Below are positions 35,170 to 43,875 of a DNA stretch of 64,000 nucleotides, piece by piece. This DNA comes from Thermoplasmata archaeon (GTDB lineage Archaea; Thermoplasmatota; Thermoplasmata; Lutacidiplasmatales; UBA184): contig DASRSW010000001.1 in the NCBI GenBank assembly GCA_035656275.1, positions 3,490 to 67,489 of the forward strand, given 5' to 3'. Both the position numbers and the translations under genes were made by a program. The notes below the pieces were generated by a model, which made no database searches, was not told where the DNA came from, and saw only the letters and a list, made by a program, of their open reading frames with translations. Numbering within the stretch: position 1 is the stretch's first letter; each line of letters starts with the position of its first letter.

Positions 35170-37062
35170 ATGCCCGCCCTTCCGCTCCTGGGGCGACGGC
35201 TCCTCCCGTGGATGGCCGTCGGCCTGGTCCTCCTCTTCGTGCTGCCGAGCGGTAGCGTGGGGAGTCCCGCGTCGCATGCCGCGCTGGCGCTCGCCCCGAC
35301 GACCTTGGCGCCAACCGCCACCTCGACGGAGCAGAACTGGGTGAGCATCTCCCCCGCGTCCGGCCCGTCGCCCCTCGGGCGGAGCGGAGCCGCGCTCGCC
35401 TTCGACCCCCTCCTCGGCTACAGCGTCCTCTACGGGGGGTGTAGCCGCCATCTCTGCCCGCTTCAGGACACCTGGAAGTTCCAGACCGGAAACTGGTCCA
35501 ATCTCACCGCGACCCTCGGCGTCGCTCCCCCCGCGAGGGCGGGCGCGGTCTTCGTCTTCGATGTGGCCGACGGCTACCTCCTGCTGTTCGGCGGCGCCGC
35601 GGGGAGCGCGACGCTCGGGGATACCTGGAGGTTCTCGTCCGGTACCTGGTCCCCCGTAACGGTCCAGGGCACCCCGCCCCCCGCGCGGGCCTACGCCCAG
35701 GGCACCTACGACCCCGTTCGGGGATCGGTCGTGGTGTTCGGTGGCCGGTCGACGGCGGGGACGGCGCTCAGCGACACCTGGACGTATTCCGCGGGCGTCT
35801 GGACGAATCTGACCGGTCGCCTGAGCTCGAGCCCACCGGCCCGATTCGCGGGCGCCCTCGGGTACGATGCCAAGGACGGCTACTCGGTCCTGTTCGGAGG
35901 AACCAGCGCTAACCGAGCCACCCTCGGCGACACGTGGGTCCTCGGGAGCTCCAGCTGGACCAATCTGACCGGGTCCCTCTCCGCGGCTCCTCCGGCACGG
36001 TCGAACACTACCCTCGCGTATGACGGAGGGCGCGCCACCCTCCTCCTCTTCGGCGGCTACGACGGCGTGGCCCTCTCCGATACCTGGACGTACGTGACCG
36101 GGGCCTGGGCCCCGCTCACGGAGAACCTGAGCTCCTCGCCCGGTCCTCGTTTCGGTTGCTCCGCCACGTACGACGCGAACGCGGCCTACCTCCTCCTGTT
36201 CGGCGGGTACATCGGGGCGAGTCGCTATACGACCTGGCTCTTGCTCTCCCCGATCGGCGCCACCCTCGCGCTCACCGCGAGCACCGTCGCGCCGGGGACC
36301 CCCGTCACATTCACGGCGGGCGTGGCCGGCGGCCTCGCGCCCTACATCGCCTCCTGGCAGTTCGGGGACGGCAGCGCCCCAGTGACGGGTCTCGTCGCCG
36401 GCCACACCTACACGACTCGCGGCACCTTCGTCGTCCTGTTCACGGTCAGCGATGCCGCGGGCGGGGCCCTGAGCCTCAACACGACGGTCACCGTCCGGCC
36501 GGATCCGCTCAATGTCTCCGTCCAGCCGAGCGCGTCCAGCGGCAAGGTCGGCACCTCCCTGACGTTCACCACCACCGTGACCGGTGGTGTTGGGCCGTTC
36601 ACCTATGCCTGGAGCTCTCCAGCGGGCGTGTGCACCGGGACGAAGGGGCCGGTTCTCGCCTGCGACCCGGCCTCGGAGGGTACGCTCCAGGTCAGCGTCA
36701 CCGTGACCGACACGAGCGGACAGCTGGCCTCGACGGGCCTTACCATCGCGATCGCCGCGGCCCCGGGCGGTGGGAGCGCCACCAGCCCGACCCCGACGCC
36801 CGCCAGTCCCGCCCTCGGGAACGCCCCCGGCGCCTGGGTATTCCTCCTTCCGCTCGCGGTGGCGCTCGCGGGCGCGCTCGTCGTCGGGATCGTGATGTAC
36901 GTGGCCGGACGACGCAGGGCCCGTGCCCAATTGGCCGAGCGCCCGCTGTGCTACGCGGTCCCCGCTTGGTCCGAGACCCCGCCCGACTTCTCGCCGGGAG
37001 CCGGAACGGGGCAGGCCGTCGAGTCCTGGAGCCGCAGCGATCCCCCGGGGCCAACCGGCTAG
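35170..37062 (+). CDS. Type I surface protein: 6-blade Kelch propeller + PKD/Ig domains + C-terminal TM anchor
   Basis: 630 aa with a signal/anchor (WMAVGLVLLFVLPSG). It has six blades (LGYSVLYGG, DGYLLLFGG, GSVVVFGG, DGYSVLFGG, ATLLLFGG, AAYLLLFGG). It also has a PKD domain (YIASWQFGDGS) and a Cys-pair Ig unit (FTYAWSSPAGVCTG...LACDP). The TM helix is WVFLLPLAVALAGALVVGIVMYV. Confidence 0.8.
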   Translation: MPALPLLGRRLLPWMAVGLVLLFVLPSGSVGSPASHAALALAPTTLAPTATSTEQNWVSISPASGPSPLGRSGAALAFDPLLGYSVLYGGCSRHLCPLQDTWKFQTGNWSNLTATLGVAPPARAGAVFVFDVADGYLLLFGGAAGSATLGDTWRFSSGTWSPVTVQGTPPPARAYAQGTYDPVRGSVVVFGGRSTAGTALSDTWTYSAGVWTNLTGRLSSSPPARFAGALGYDAKDGYSVLFGGTSANRATLGDTWVLGSSSWTNLTGSLSAAPPARSNTTLAYDGGRATLLLFGGYDGVALSDTWTYVTGAWAPLTENLSSSPGPRFGCSATYDANAAYLLLFGGYIGASRYTTWLLLSPIGATLALTASTVAPGTPVTFTAGVAGGLAPYIASWQFGDGSAPVTGLVAGHTYTTRGTFVVLFTVSDAAGGALSLNTTVTVRPDPLNVSVQPSASSGKVGTSLTFTTTVTGGVGPFTYAWSSPAGVCTGTKGPVLACDPASEGTLQVSVTVTDTSGQLASTGLTIAIAAAPGGGSATSPTPTPASPALGNAPGAWVFLLPLAVALAGALVVGIVMYVAGRRRARAQLAERPLCYAVPAWSETPPDFSPGAGTGQAVESWSRSDPPGPTG

Positions 37063-37458
37063 CCCGCCACCGGTCCCCACTCCCCCGGGCCCCCTCGATG
37101 CCGTCCGGTCATGCCCGGGTCGGTGGAATTCGGACGGTTGTCGCATCGACTCACGGCCGCACTTCGAACCGGGGGCGGATGGGACCGGCCGCCTTTCCCC
37201 GGCGATGACCGAGGAAACGACCGACGGGACCCACCACGTTCGACCGCATCCCCCGGCCCGAACTCCGCTTGAACAGTACCTCCACCTCGAGTTCCCGCGA
37301 GAGTCCGCCCCGGCAATCCTGGGAGCTGCCCGGTCTCCACCGACGACCAAGAGGACGAAGGAGTAGGCGCACTCGCTACAACGGGGATCCGACGGCGAGC
37401 CCCGGCCGGCGCGGGGTTCGGGGGGCCCGGCGGGGTTGGGACGGGGCGACGACCCGTC

Positions 37459-39549
37459 CTACTGCGACGGGGTGCGACGCAGCGAAGCCCCGCACGCTTC
37501 GCAGGTCTCCCGGATCGCGAGATTCGGATGACCGCACATCCGGCAGACCCGACGGCCCCGAACGAGCCGCGAGGGGTCGGCGGCCGGCACCCGTCCCGCC
37601 ACGGCGGAGTACTGCCGGTCCGCCTGACGGCGGTGGCGGAGTTCGAGCGCGACGGCCACGCCCACCGCGACGAGGATGGCGAGCAGCAGGAGGAGCCACG
37701 CCGAAAAGAACGGGGCGGGGGAGGGGGGCGTCGAGATCGAAAGGACGGCGAGGGTGACCGTGCGGGAGGCCCCGAGCCGGTCGGTGACCGTGACGCTCGG
37801 GGTGAAACTGCCGGTCTTCGCGTAGGAGTGATTGACGGTGGCCCCGGTTTGTCCTGCCGCGTCACCGAAGTGCCAGGTGAACGTGTAGGGGGCTCCAGCC
37901 CCGCCGCTCGCCGACGCCGAGAAATCGACCCGGTTGCCGACCCAGGCCTGGGTGGGGACGCTCCCGAGCGTGACGGTGAGGACCGAGATGTGGACCAGCG
38001 TGGTCGCGCTGACGCTGCCCCCGAGCGTATCCGTCACGAGGACGCTGACGGAGTAGTTCCCCGCCGCCCCAAAGGCGTGGGAGACGGAGGGCGCGCTCCC
38101 GTTCGTGCTCGACCCATCGGCGAAGCTCCAGTTGTACGCGACGTAGACGCCCGAGCCCTTCGAGGGGAGGGCGGCAAAGGTGAGGTTGGAGCTGGGGGCC
38201 GCCGCCGAGGCGTTCGGCTGGAGGGTGGCCGTGAGGGTGGGGTAGACGGTGAGGGTGAGGTGGTCGCTCACCGAGGTCCCGGTGGAGTCGGTGGCGGCGC
38301 AGGTCGCGGTAAAGTTGCCCATCGCGACGTAGCTGTGGACCGTAAGCCCCGTCGCGGCGCTTCCCCCATCGCCGAAGGTCCAATCGACGGAATAGGGGGA
38401 GAGTCCGAGCGAGGGGGTGCAGTTGAAGGTGATGCTCTGGCCCGGTTCCGCTTGCGTGCGGCTCGCATTGACCGAGACCTGAGGATCGACCAAGACGGTG
38501 ACGGTGGTGGCGCTGGTCGACTGGCTCGCCAGCGCATCCGTGACCTTGCACGTCACGGTAATCGGCCCGGGGGTGACGAAGCTCTGGGCCACGGCCCCCG
38601 GGCCGGAGACGAACGTCCCGTTCCCGAAATCCCAGGTGATCTTATACGGGGACTGACCGCCCGAGGGCGTGCAGGTGAAGAGGTCGAGCTGGCCCACGTC
38701 CACGGCGGAGCGCGTCGCGCTGACGGTCGCCGAGAGCGGAAGCGGGGTGCCCGTCGTGACCGAGTTCGACTCGCTTCCCGTCAGATTCGGGCCCCCCGTT
38801 CCACACCCGCTCAGGCAGTCCGTCGTGTTGAGGAAGAACTGGTAGCTGGCGCCCGAGGAGAGGCCGGTGATCGTGGTGCTGAGGGTCAGCTCCGAGGTAA
38901 TGGTCGCCGCCACGCCGGGCGCGCTGCCCCCGACCGACTCGTACACCTGGTAGGATTCGAAGCCGAGGGACCCGCCGTAGGACGCGTTGTTCGTCCAGTT
39001 GAGCTGGACATTCGTCGCGGTGAGGACCGTCGCGCTGAGGTAGGCGAGGGTCGACTGGTTGACCGCGATCACGTTCGAGTACTGGTTGCCGAGGATCCCG
39101 TCATTCTCGAGGATCCGCCACCAGTACTCGCCCCCGGGCGTGAGACCCTTCACGCCGAAGGTGGTGGTCCCCGCGTTGATGATGACCCCCGCGGATTGCC
39201 ACGGCCCCGTGGAGCCGGCGGTCGAGTACTGGACCGTGTAGCTCGAGAAGGTAAACGAACCGGACGGGGTCCAACTAAGGCTGATCCCCGTCGGGTCGAC
39301 CCCGGGGGCGCTGAGCGAGATCGCGGCCAGCGGATGACTCGGCCGCGGGGCGATGGACGCGGGAACGACTCCGGGCGCGGCCGCCGCCCGCGACGGCGGA
39401 GCGACCCCGTGTCGCGCAGCGTCGGACGCTGGGAACGCGCTACCCGCGAGCCCCACACCTCCGAGAAGAACTAGGACGATGAGCGCGCCCAGCAGGAAAA
39501 CTGCGTCCGGGGCGTGGCGCCACGGCACGCGCGGGTTCGCAGTTCGCAT
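37459..39549 (-). CDS. Type I surface protein: FN3-like + four classical PKD domains + TM anchor + cytoplasmic zinc ribbon
   Basis: About 696 aa from ATG 39549 (track start TTG 39561) with an N-terminal anchor (FLLGALIVLVLLGGVGLAG). The PKD cores are ITWDFGNGT, VDWTFGDGG, YNWSFADGS and FTWHFGDAA. The TM helix is WLLLLLAILVAVGVAVAL. The tail ends RRVCRMCGHPNLAIRETCEACGASL. Confidence 0.8.
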   Translation of the reverse strand: MRTANPRVPWRHAPDAVFLLGALIVLVLLGGVGLAGSAFPASDAARHGVAPPSRAAAAPGVVPASIAPRPSHPLAAISLSAPGVDPTGISLSWTPSGSFTFSSYTVQYSTAGSTGPWQSAGVIINAGTTTFGVKGLTPGGEYWWRILENDGILGNQYSNVIAVNQSTLAYLSATVLTATNVQLNWTNNASYGGSLGFESYQVYESVGGSAPGVAATITSELTLSTTITGLSSGASYQFFLNTTDCLSGCGTGGPNLTGSESNSVTTGTPLPLSATVSATRSAVDVGQLDLFTCTPSGGQSPYKITWDFGNGTFVSGPGAVAQSFVTPGPITVTCKVTDALASQSTSATTVTVLVDPQVSVNASRTQAEPGQSITFNCTPSLGLSPYSVDWTFGDGGSAATGLTVHSYVAMGNFTATCAATDSTGTSVSDHLTLTVYPTLTATLQPNASAAAPSSNLTFAALPSKGSGVYVAYNWSFADGSSTNGSAPSVSHAFGAAGNYSVSVLVTDTLGGSVSATTLVHISVLTVTLGSVPTQAWVGNRVDFSASASGGAGAPYTFTWHFGDAAGQTGATVNHSYAKTGSFTPSVTVTDRLGASRTVTLAVLSISTPPSPAPFFSAWLLLLLAILVAVGVAVALELRHRRQADRQYSAVAGRVPAADPSRLVRGRRVCRMCGHPNLAIRETCEACGASLRRTPSQ

Positions 39550-39580
39550 GGGGGCCGACAAAACTGGGTCGCCCGTCGGA

Positions 39581-39588
39581 GTTATACC
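39581..39588 (-). promoter_or_regulatory. TATA-like box for the FN3/PKD gene
   Basis: The minus strand reads GGTATAAC, ~35 nt upstream of ATG 39549. Confidence 0.35.
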
Positions 39589-39632
39589 TTACGGCCCGTC
39601 CCTTCCTCGGGCGTCCGCGGCGCACCGGCCAA

Positions 39633-39640
39633 TTCTATAC
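39633..39640 (+). promoter_or_regulatory. TATA-like box for the TylM1-like methyltransferase gene
   Basis: TTCTATAC is centred ~26 nt upstream of ATG 39663, which is leaderless geometry. Confidence 0.35.
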
Positions 39641-39662
39641 GCCGGGAGGCCGTGGTCCGGCG

Positions 39663-40400
39663 ATGCCGCCTGCCCTCTACCGCGAGCTCGCGGTCTACTA
39701 CGACCGAATCTACGCGCAGAAGGAGTACGGGCCCGAATCGCGCGAACTGCTGCGTCTGGCGGCCCGTCACTTAAAGCGGCGACCTGCCTCGCTCCTGGAT
39801 GTCGCCTGCGGGACCGGCCGCCACCTGGAGCAGTTCCGAAAGCAGGTTCGCGACGTGGAGGGCGTCGACCTGAATCGCCCGATGCTCCGCGAGGCTCGCC
39901 GTCGACTGGGGGCAAAGGTGCCACTCCATCGCGCGGACATGCGGTCGTTCGACCTTCACCGGCAGTTCGATGTGGTCGTCTGCCTCTTCAGCGCCATCGG
40001 CTACCTCCTCACCCGGTCCGACCGAGACCGAGCGCTGTCGGCATTCTACCGTCACACCCGGCCCGGTGGGATCCTCCTCGTCGAAGGCTGGGTCCGCCCG
40101 GCGGCGTGGCGGTCTCCCTCGGTGCACCTTCAGTCCTACCAGGGTCCCGAGGCCACGATCGTGCGCCTCTCGAGCACCTCCCGGACGGCGGACCGTTCGC
40201 TCGTACGAATGCAGTACTTGATTGGCGTGCCGGGTAAGCCGATCCGTCACGTCGTCGACGACTTCCGCAACGCACTGATCGAGCCCTCGGAGCTCCTCGG
40301 GTCGTTCCGCCGCGCCGGCTTTGCGGCCTCCGCGCGCTTCCGCGGCCGCTACCGCGACCGCGGGCTCTACATCGGCCGGCGACCGATCCGATCGACCTAG
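39663..40400 (+). CDS. SAM-dependent methyltransferase, TylM1/DesVI-like (sugar N,N-dimethyltransferase family pattern)
   Basis: 245 aa. YYDRIYAQKEY...SLLDVACGTGRHL...HRADMRSFDL.RQFDVVVCLFSAIGYL...GGILLVEGW follows the TylM1-type layout as I remember it. Confidence 0.7.
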   Translation: MPPALYRELAVYYDRIYAQKEYGPESRELLRLAARHLKRRPASLLDVACGTGRHLEQFRKQVRDVEGVDLNRPMLREARRRLGAKVPLHRADMRSFDLHRQFDVVVCLFSAIGYLLTRSDRDRALSAFYRHTRPGGILLVEGWVRPAAWRSPSVHLQSYQGPEATIVRLSSTSRTADRSLVRMQYLIGVPGKPIRHVVDDFRNALIEPSELLGSFRRAGFAASARFRGRYRDRGLYIGRRPIRST

Positions 40401-41110
40401 GGCCTCGCCGCAAACGCCGGTCGGCTGCCCGCCACGGCGAGCCCGGGGGCTAGCACGAGCAGAACCGGTACGAGGAGGAGGAGGTAGAGCACTCCGGGGA
40501 GGGGGAACAGCAGCGCCAAGAAGGGCCCCGCGAGCACGAGGAGCAAAAGGGCATAGAGGCCCCCGGCGGCCGAGAGCGCCCCCCGATGGTACCGGCTGCC
40601 GGCAGCGAAGACGCCGAGGACGATCCCGAGGCCACCGAGCCACCCCAGGAGGAATCCGGCCAACGCGGTGTAAGCGCCCAGGGGTTGTCCGGACTCGAGG
40701 CAATGGAGGCCCTGGGTCGGGCGGCCCTGGGCGCACCCGATGAGCGCGTCGGAGGAACCAAAGAGGACGGACGCGGCGATGAAAACGAGGAGGAAACCGA
40801 GCGTGCCGAGAATGCATAGGGCCGAAGCCAGGGCGAACCGACGGTCGACCGTCCGCAGGGCCGCAAACGCCCGACGGTAGAGGAAGAAGGACACGAGGAG
40901 TAGGAGGGATCCAGCGAGGAGGAGGATCGAGAGCACTCGGAGGAACGGGGCGGTGAACGCGAAGAACCCTCCCGGGTTGAACAGCGAGAGGTAGAGGAAC
41001 GCGACGGGGAGAACGACCCCGAGAAGGGCGCCGGCGAATCCGACGGCCGCTCCGAGCGCGAGGCGGCTCAGTCCGGTGGCGTCTGCGGGGGTGGCGGTGC
41101 TGGCGGCCAT
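40397..41110 (-). CDS. Polytopic membrane protein (possibly DUF973-like)
   Basis: 237 aa with about 6 TM helices and an external loop carrying a Cys pair (IGCAQGRPTQGLHCLE). The stop overlaps the convergent gene's stop in a CTAG palindrome (40397..40400). Confidence 0.5.
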   Translation of the reverse strand: MAASTATPADATGLSRLALGAAVGFAGALLGVVLPVAFLYLSLFNPGGFFAFTAPFLRVLSILLLAGSLLLLVSFFLYRRAFAALRTVDRRFALASALCILGTLGFLLVFIAASVLFGSSDALIGCAQGRPTQGLHCLESGQPLGAYTALAGFLLGWLGGLGIVLGVFAAGSRYHRGALSAAGGLYALLLLVLAGPFLALLFPLPGVLYLLLLVPVLLVLAPGLAVAGSRPAFAARP

Positions 41111-41249
41111 GAACGGTTTCCGTGGTAGGCGCCGGACCTATTTGGGGCTCGGGGGGAGCCGACCGGTGGGGGAGCGAAGGAGTCCTCCCGTAAACCCGGA
41201 TTGACCGCGCGGTTAACGCTCCAGCGGCCCAACAGCTCTCGGTAGTCCG

Positions 41250-41843
41250 ATGCCGCGCAAGGGGTCGCCGGCCGGGGCGCTTCTTCCCTTGAGCGAGGAC
41301 GAGGAACAGGCCTACCCCTCCGTACCACCGCGAATGGAACCCGCGCGGCGGGGGTCTCCGGGGAAGGACATCGTTTACAACCTCTGCGTCCGCGACGTCA
41401 TGTCGAAGCAGGTCGTCACCGTCCTCGCAGACTCCCCCCTCCACGAGGTCACGCGACGGATGCGCGCCTACCATGTATCCGGGGTCCCCGTTCTGGACGG
41501 GCAGGGCCGGCTCGCGGGGATCGTCACGGAGTCCGATGTGACCCGGGTCCTCGGGGAGCGCACGGGCGCCTCCCCCCTCGAAGTCCTGCTCCACGACACC
41601 CCGCTGCCCCTCGCCATGCAGAACGACGCAATGCTGAACCGTTACCGTGAGACGCTCGCCCGCGTCAAGGTGCGGGAGGTCATGACCCCGCTTCCGATCT
41701 CCATCGGGGCCGGGGAAACCCTCGAAACGGCCATCCGCCGGATGCGGGAGGAGCGCGTGAATCGGCTGCCAGTGCTCGAAGGGGGTCGACTGGTAGGCGT
41801 GATCGCCCGCCAGGACGTCCTGACCGCCCTCCTCCCGGTGTAG
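41250..41843 (+). CDS. CBS-pair domain protein
   Basis: It has two CBS motifs (VRDVMSKQVVTV...VSGVPVLDGQGRLAGIVTESDV; VREVMTPLPISI...NRLPVLEGGRLVGVIARQDV). The start is uncertain: ATG 41250 or ATG 41334. Confidence 0.75.
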   Translation: MPRKGSPAGALLPLSEDEEQAYPSVPPRMEPARRGSPGKDIVYNLCVRDVMSKQVVTVLADSPLHEVTRRMRAYHVSGVPVLDGQGRLAGIVTESDVTRVLGERTGASPLEVLLHDTPLPLAMQNDAMLNRYRETLARVKVREVMTPLPISIGAGETLETAIRRMREERVNRLPVLEGGRLVGVIARQDVLTALLPV

Positions 41844-42097
41844 CCGCGGCCCGTTCTCTTGGGGGTCGTCCTTCGAGCCGCGGGGTCCCGCGTCAGGGGC
41901 GGAGGTGCGGGCAGGACGGGGCCGCGCCGCCCACTTCGTCGGGTGGCGGTCCTACCAGCCTCGAGGAGGGTCGACACTCCCTTCGGCATCGTCGGGACCT
42001 AGATCGGCTCGGGATCCCCTGCCGACCGGGCCCCCGACCGTGGTTGCTCCCTACGGGATGGGGTACTGGAGCGGGCGGTCCGTCAGGCGTGGGAGGG

Positions 42098-42643
42098 CTA
42101 CTCCGCGAGCACGGCGGCCAGTCGGGAGGCGGTGTTCCAGTTTCGAGTCGTGGCCGTGGTGCCGAGGGCTCGCTCGATGCGGGCAGCGGTCAGCCGGGAT
42201 TTTCCCTGCCCGTTCGGATAGACGATGTACGCCTCTCGCCCGTGAACTGCGACGCGCTCTGGCCCGTCGACCGCGCTCCGGAGCGCGCGCCACGCGACCG
42301 GCGGGGGGGCGGCTTTGAGGAACGTGACCGTAAGCCGGGAGGGATCCTTCGCGGCCTCCTCGTGGAAGGGATTGTTCGCAAGGACGGCGGTCCATTCACG
42401 GCGGGTCCGCACAAAGAAGTCCGTTCGCAGGTGGAGCTGCTCGGCGACGGCACCTTGGAGTCGGTTCTCCAGCTGGAGCGTGGGGATCCGGGGCGCCCGG
42501 AACACGACGTTTCCGGACTGGAGCACCGTGCGCACCTCCTCGAATCCCAGTCGAGCGAAGACGTCGCGCAGCCGCTCCATCTTGACCAGGGCGAATCCGC
42601 CCACATTGACCGCCCGCAACAGGGCGACCGCGGTCTCGGTCAT
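42098..42643 (-). CDS. DUF1697 family protein
   Basis: 181 aa. The N-terminal ALLRAVNVGG...KMERLRDVFARLGFEEVRTVLQSGNVVF is the DUF1697 signature. Confidence 0.8.
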   Translation of the reverse strand: MTETAVALLRAVNVGGFALVKMERLRDVFARLGFEEVRTVLQSGNVVFRAPRIPTLQLENRLQGAVAEQLHLRTDFFVRTRREWTAVLANNPFHEEAAKDPSRLTVTFLKAAPPPVAWRALRSAVDGPERVAVHGREAYIVYPNGQGKSRLTAARIERALGTTATTRNWNTASRLAAVLAE

Positions 42644-42963
42644 GCGCTCCGTATCCCCCGGTGCGCCCTTCGACCCCGGGTCGCGGACGCCGTTGCGTCT
42701 CTCGATAGCTGGGGGCTTAGGAACGCCCGGCCCGGCCGGCAGGGAACGTACCTAGTCGGCGTCATGCTAGTAGTCCGCTCTCGCGGCCCTCTTCGCGGTC
42801 GGCCGGCGGGCGGAGGGAGGTCGCCGGGGCTCGCATCGCTTCCTACCCATCTGGTCATGCGGCCGAGGTCCGAAAGGCGGAGTCCCGGCGTGGGTCTTCG
42901 AAACGAACCGGCCCGGCTGGAGTTGCGCCCACCGCAGATCGAGCGACGGCGGAGCGGTCTCGA

Positions 42964-43494
42964 CTACGGGATCGTGACGACGGACGGTCGGTCGGTCGCG
43001 AGGGCCGGGGAGCCGCGAGTGGGCTCCGTGATCCGCAGGAAGAGGAAGATTGGCTGGGCGAGCCACGTGACGGTCCAACCCCGTTCCGTCAACGAGTACT
43101 GCACCCGCGGAGGCCGCGTGTCGAGGATCTCCCGCGAGACCATCTTGTTCTGCTCGAGCTCCTTGAGCTTCAGCGACAAGACTCGGGGGCTGATCCCGGG
43201 CAAGGACCGCCGGAGGTCCTCGAACCCGATCGAGGGCGCCACGTGCAGCGCGAGCAGGACGTCGGCGGACCATTTCCCGAAGATCGATCGCACGATGCGC
43301 AGGTCGTTCTGGGCCGACACCGCGGGGTCGTTCGCCTCGCCGGCGAAGTCGGTGACGCGTTCCACCAGTCGGACGGCCGACTCGCGAAACTCCCGGAACG
43401 AGCGTTGAATCTCGGAGTCCAAGGAGAAACCGTTCGGCGGAGTCGCGGTGGCGACTTCGATGGGGCCTGCCTTCCGCCGCGCCGTCCCCTCCAC
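42964..43494 (-). CDS. HxlR-family wHTH regulator with ~55-aa N-terminal extension
   Basis: 176 aa from GTG 43494. The HxlR core is IFGKWSADVLLAL...GFEDLRRSLPGISPRVLSLKLKELEQNKMVSREILDTRPPRVQYSLTERG. A TATA-like box lies ~27 nt upstream. Confidence 0.8.
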   Translation of the reverse strand: MEGTARRKAGPIEVATATPPNGFSLDSEIQRSFREFRESAVRLVERVTDFAGEANDPAVSAQNDLRIVRSIFGKWSADVLLALHVAPSIGFEDLRRSLPGISPRVLSLKLKELEQNKMVSREILDTRPPRVQYSLTERGWTVTWLAQPIFLFLRITEPTRGSPALATDRPSVVTIP

Positions 43495-43517
43495 GAACGC
43501 GGAATCGCCGTTCGGGG

Positions 43518-43525
43518 TATTAAAG
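43518..43525 (-). promoter_or_regulatory. TATA-like box for HxlR paralogue 1
   Basis: The minus strand reads CTTTAATA, centred ~27 nt upstream of GTG 43494, which is leaderless geometry. Confidence 0.45.
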
Positions 43526-43875
43526 CGGTGGTAATGGACTGGTTATTCTACCGTGGGACCTCTCTCCGTGGGCCACCCCGCGGGAGGGGCGGCGAACGGC
43601 TCCCGGATGGGCCTTCGGCCCCCTCCCTCCCCCGGAGCCGGCCCTCGCCGGTGCGGATCGGGGCCGCCGGGGGAGCGCCTCCGGCAGAGCGGGGCCTCTC
43701 GGAAGGGGCGGGGTAGTACCCCCCGCCGGGGTCTAATCTCGCCCCGAAGAGTTTCAGCGGGGGCGGTGGGGTACCGACAACGTTCGACTGGGGCCCCGGC
43801 GCCGACGCGGGACCTTGGGCCGGCTCACGGGCCGCGGAGCGCGAACCTGAGGTCGCCCAACGGTCCCCCGGGAGT

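Noticed and set aside
35161-37350. 729-aa minus-strand ORF, with similar artefacts at 37528..39474 (+), 50394..52463 (+), 58902..60065 (+) and 62169..63779 (-)
   Set aside because: Each is antisense to a gene with clear domain content (Kelch/PKD, FN3/PKD, polytopic membrane protein, GT2, Ig/PKD). Each translates to Arg/Gly/Asp/Pro-rich low-complexity sequence.
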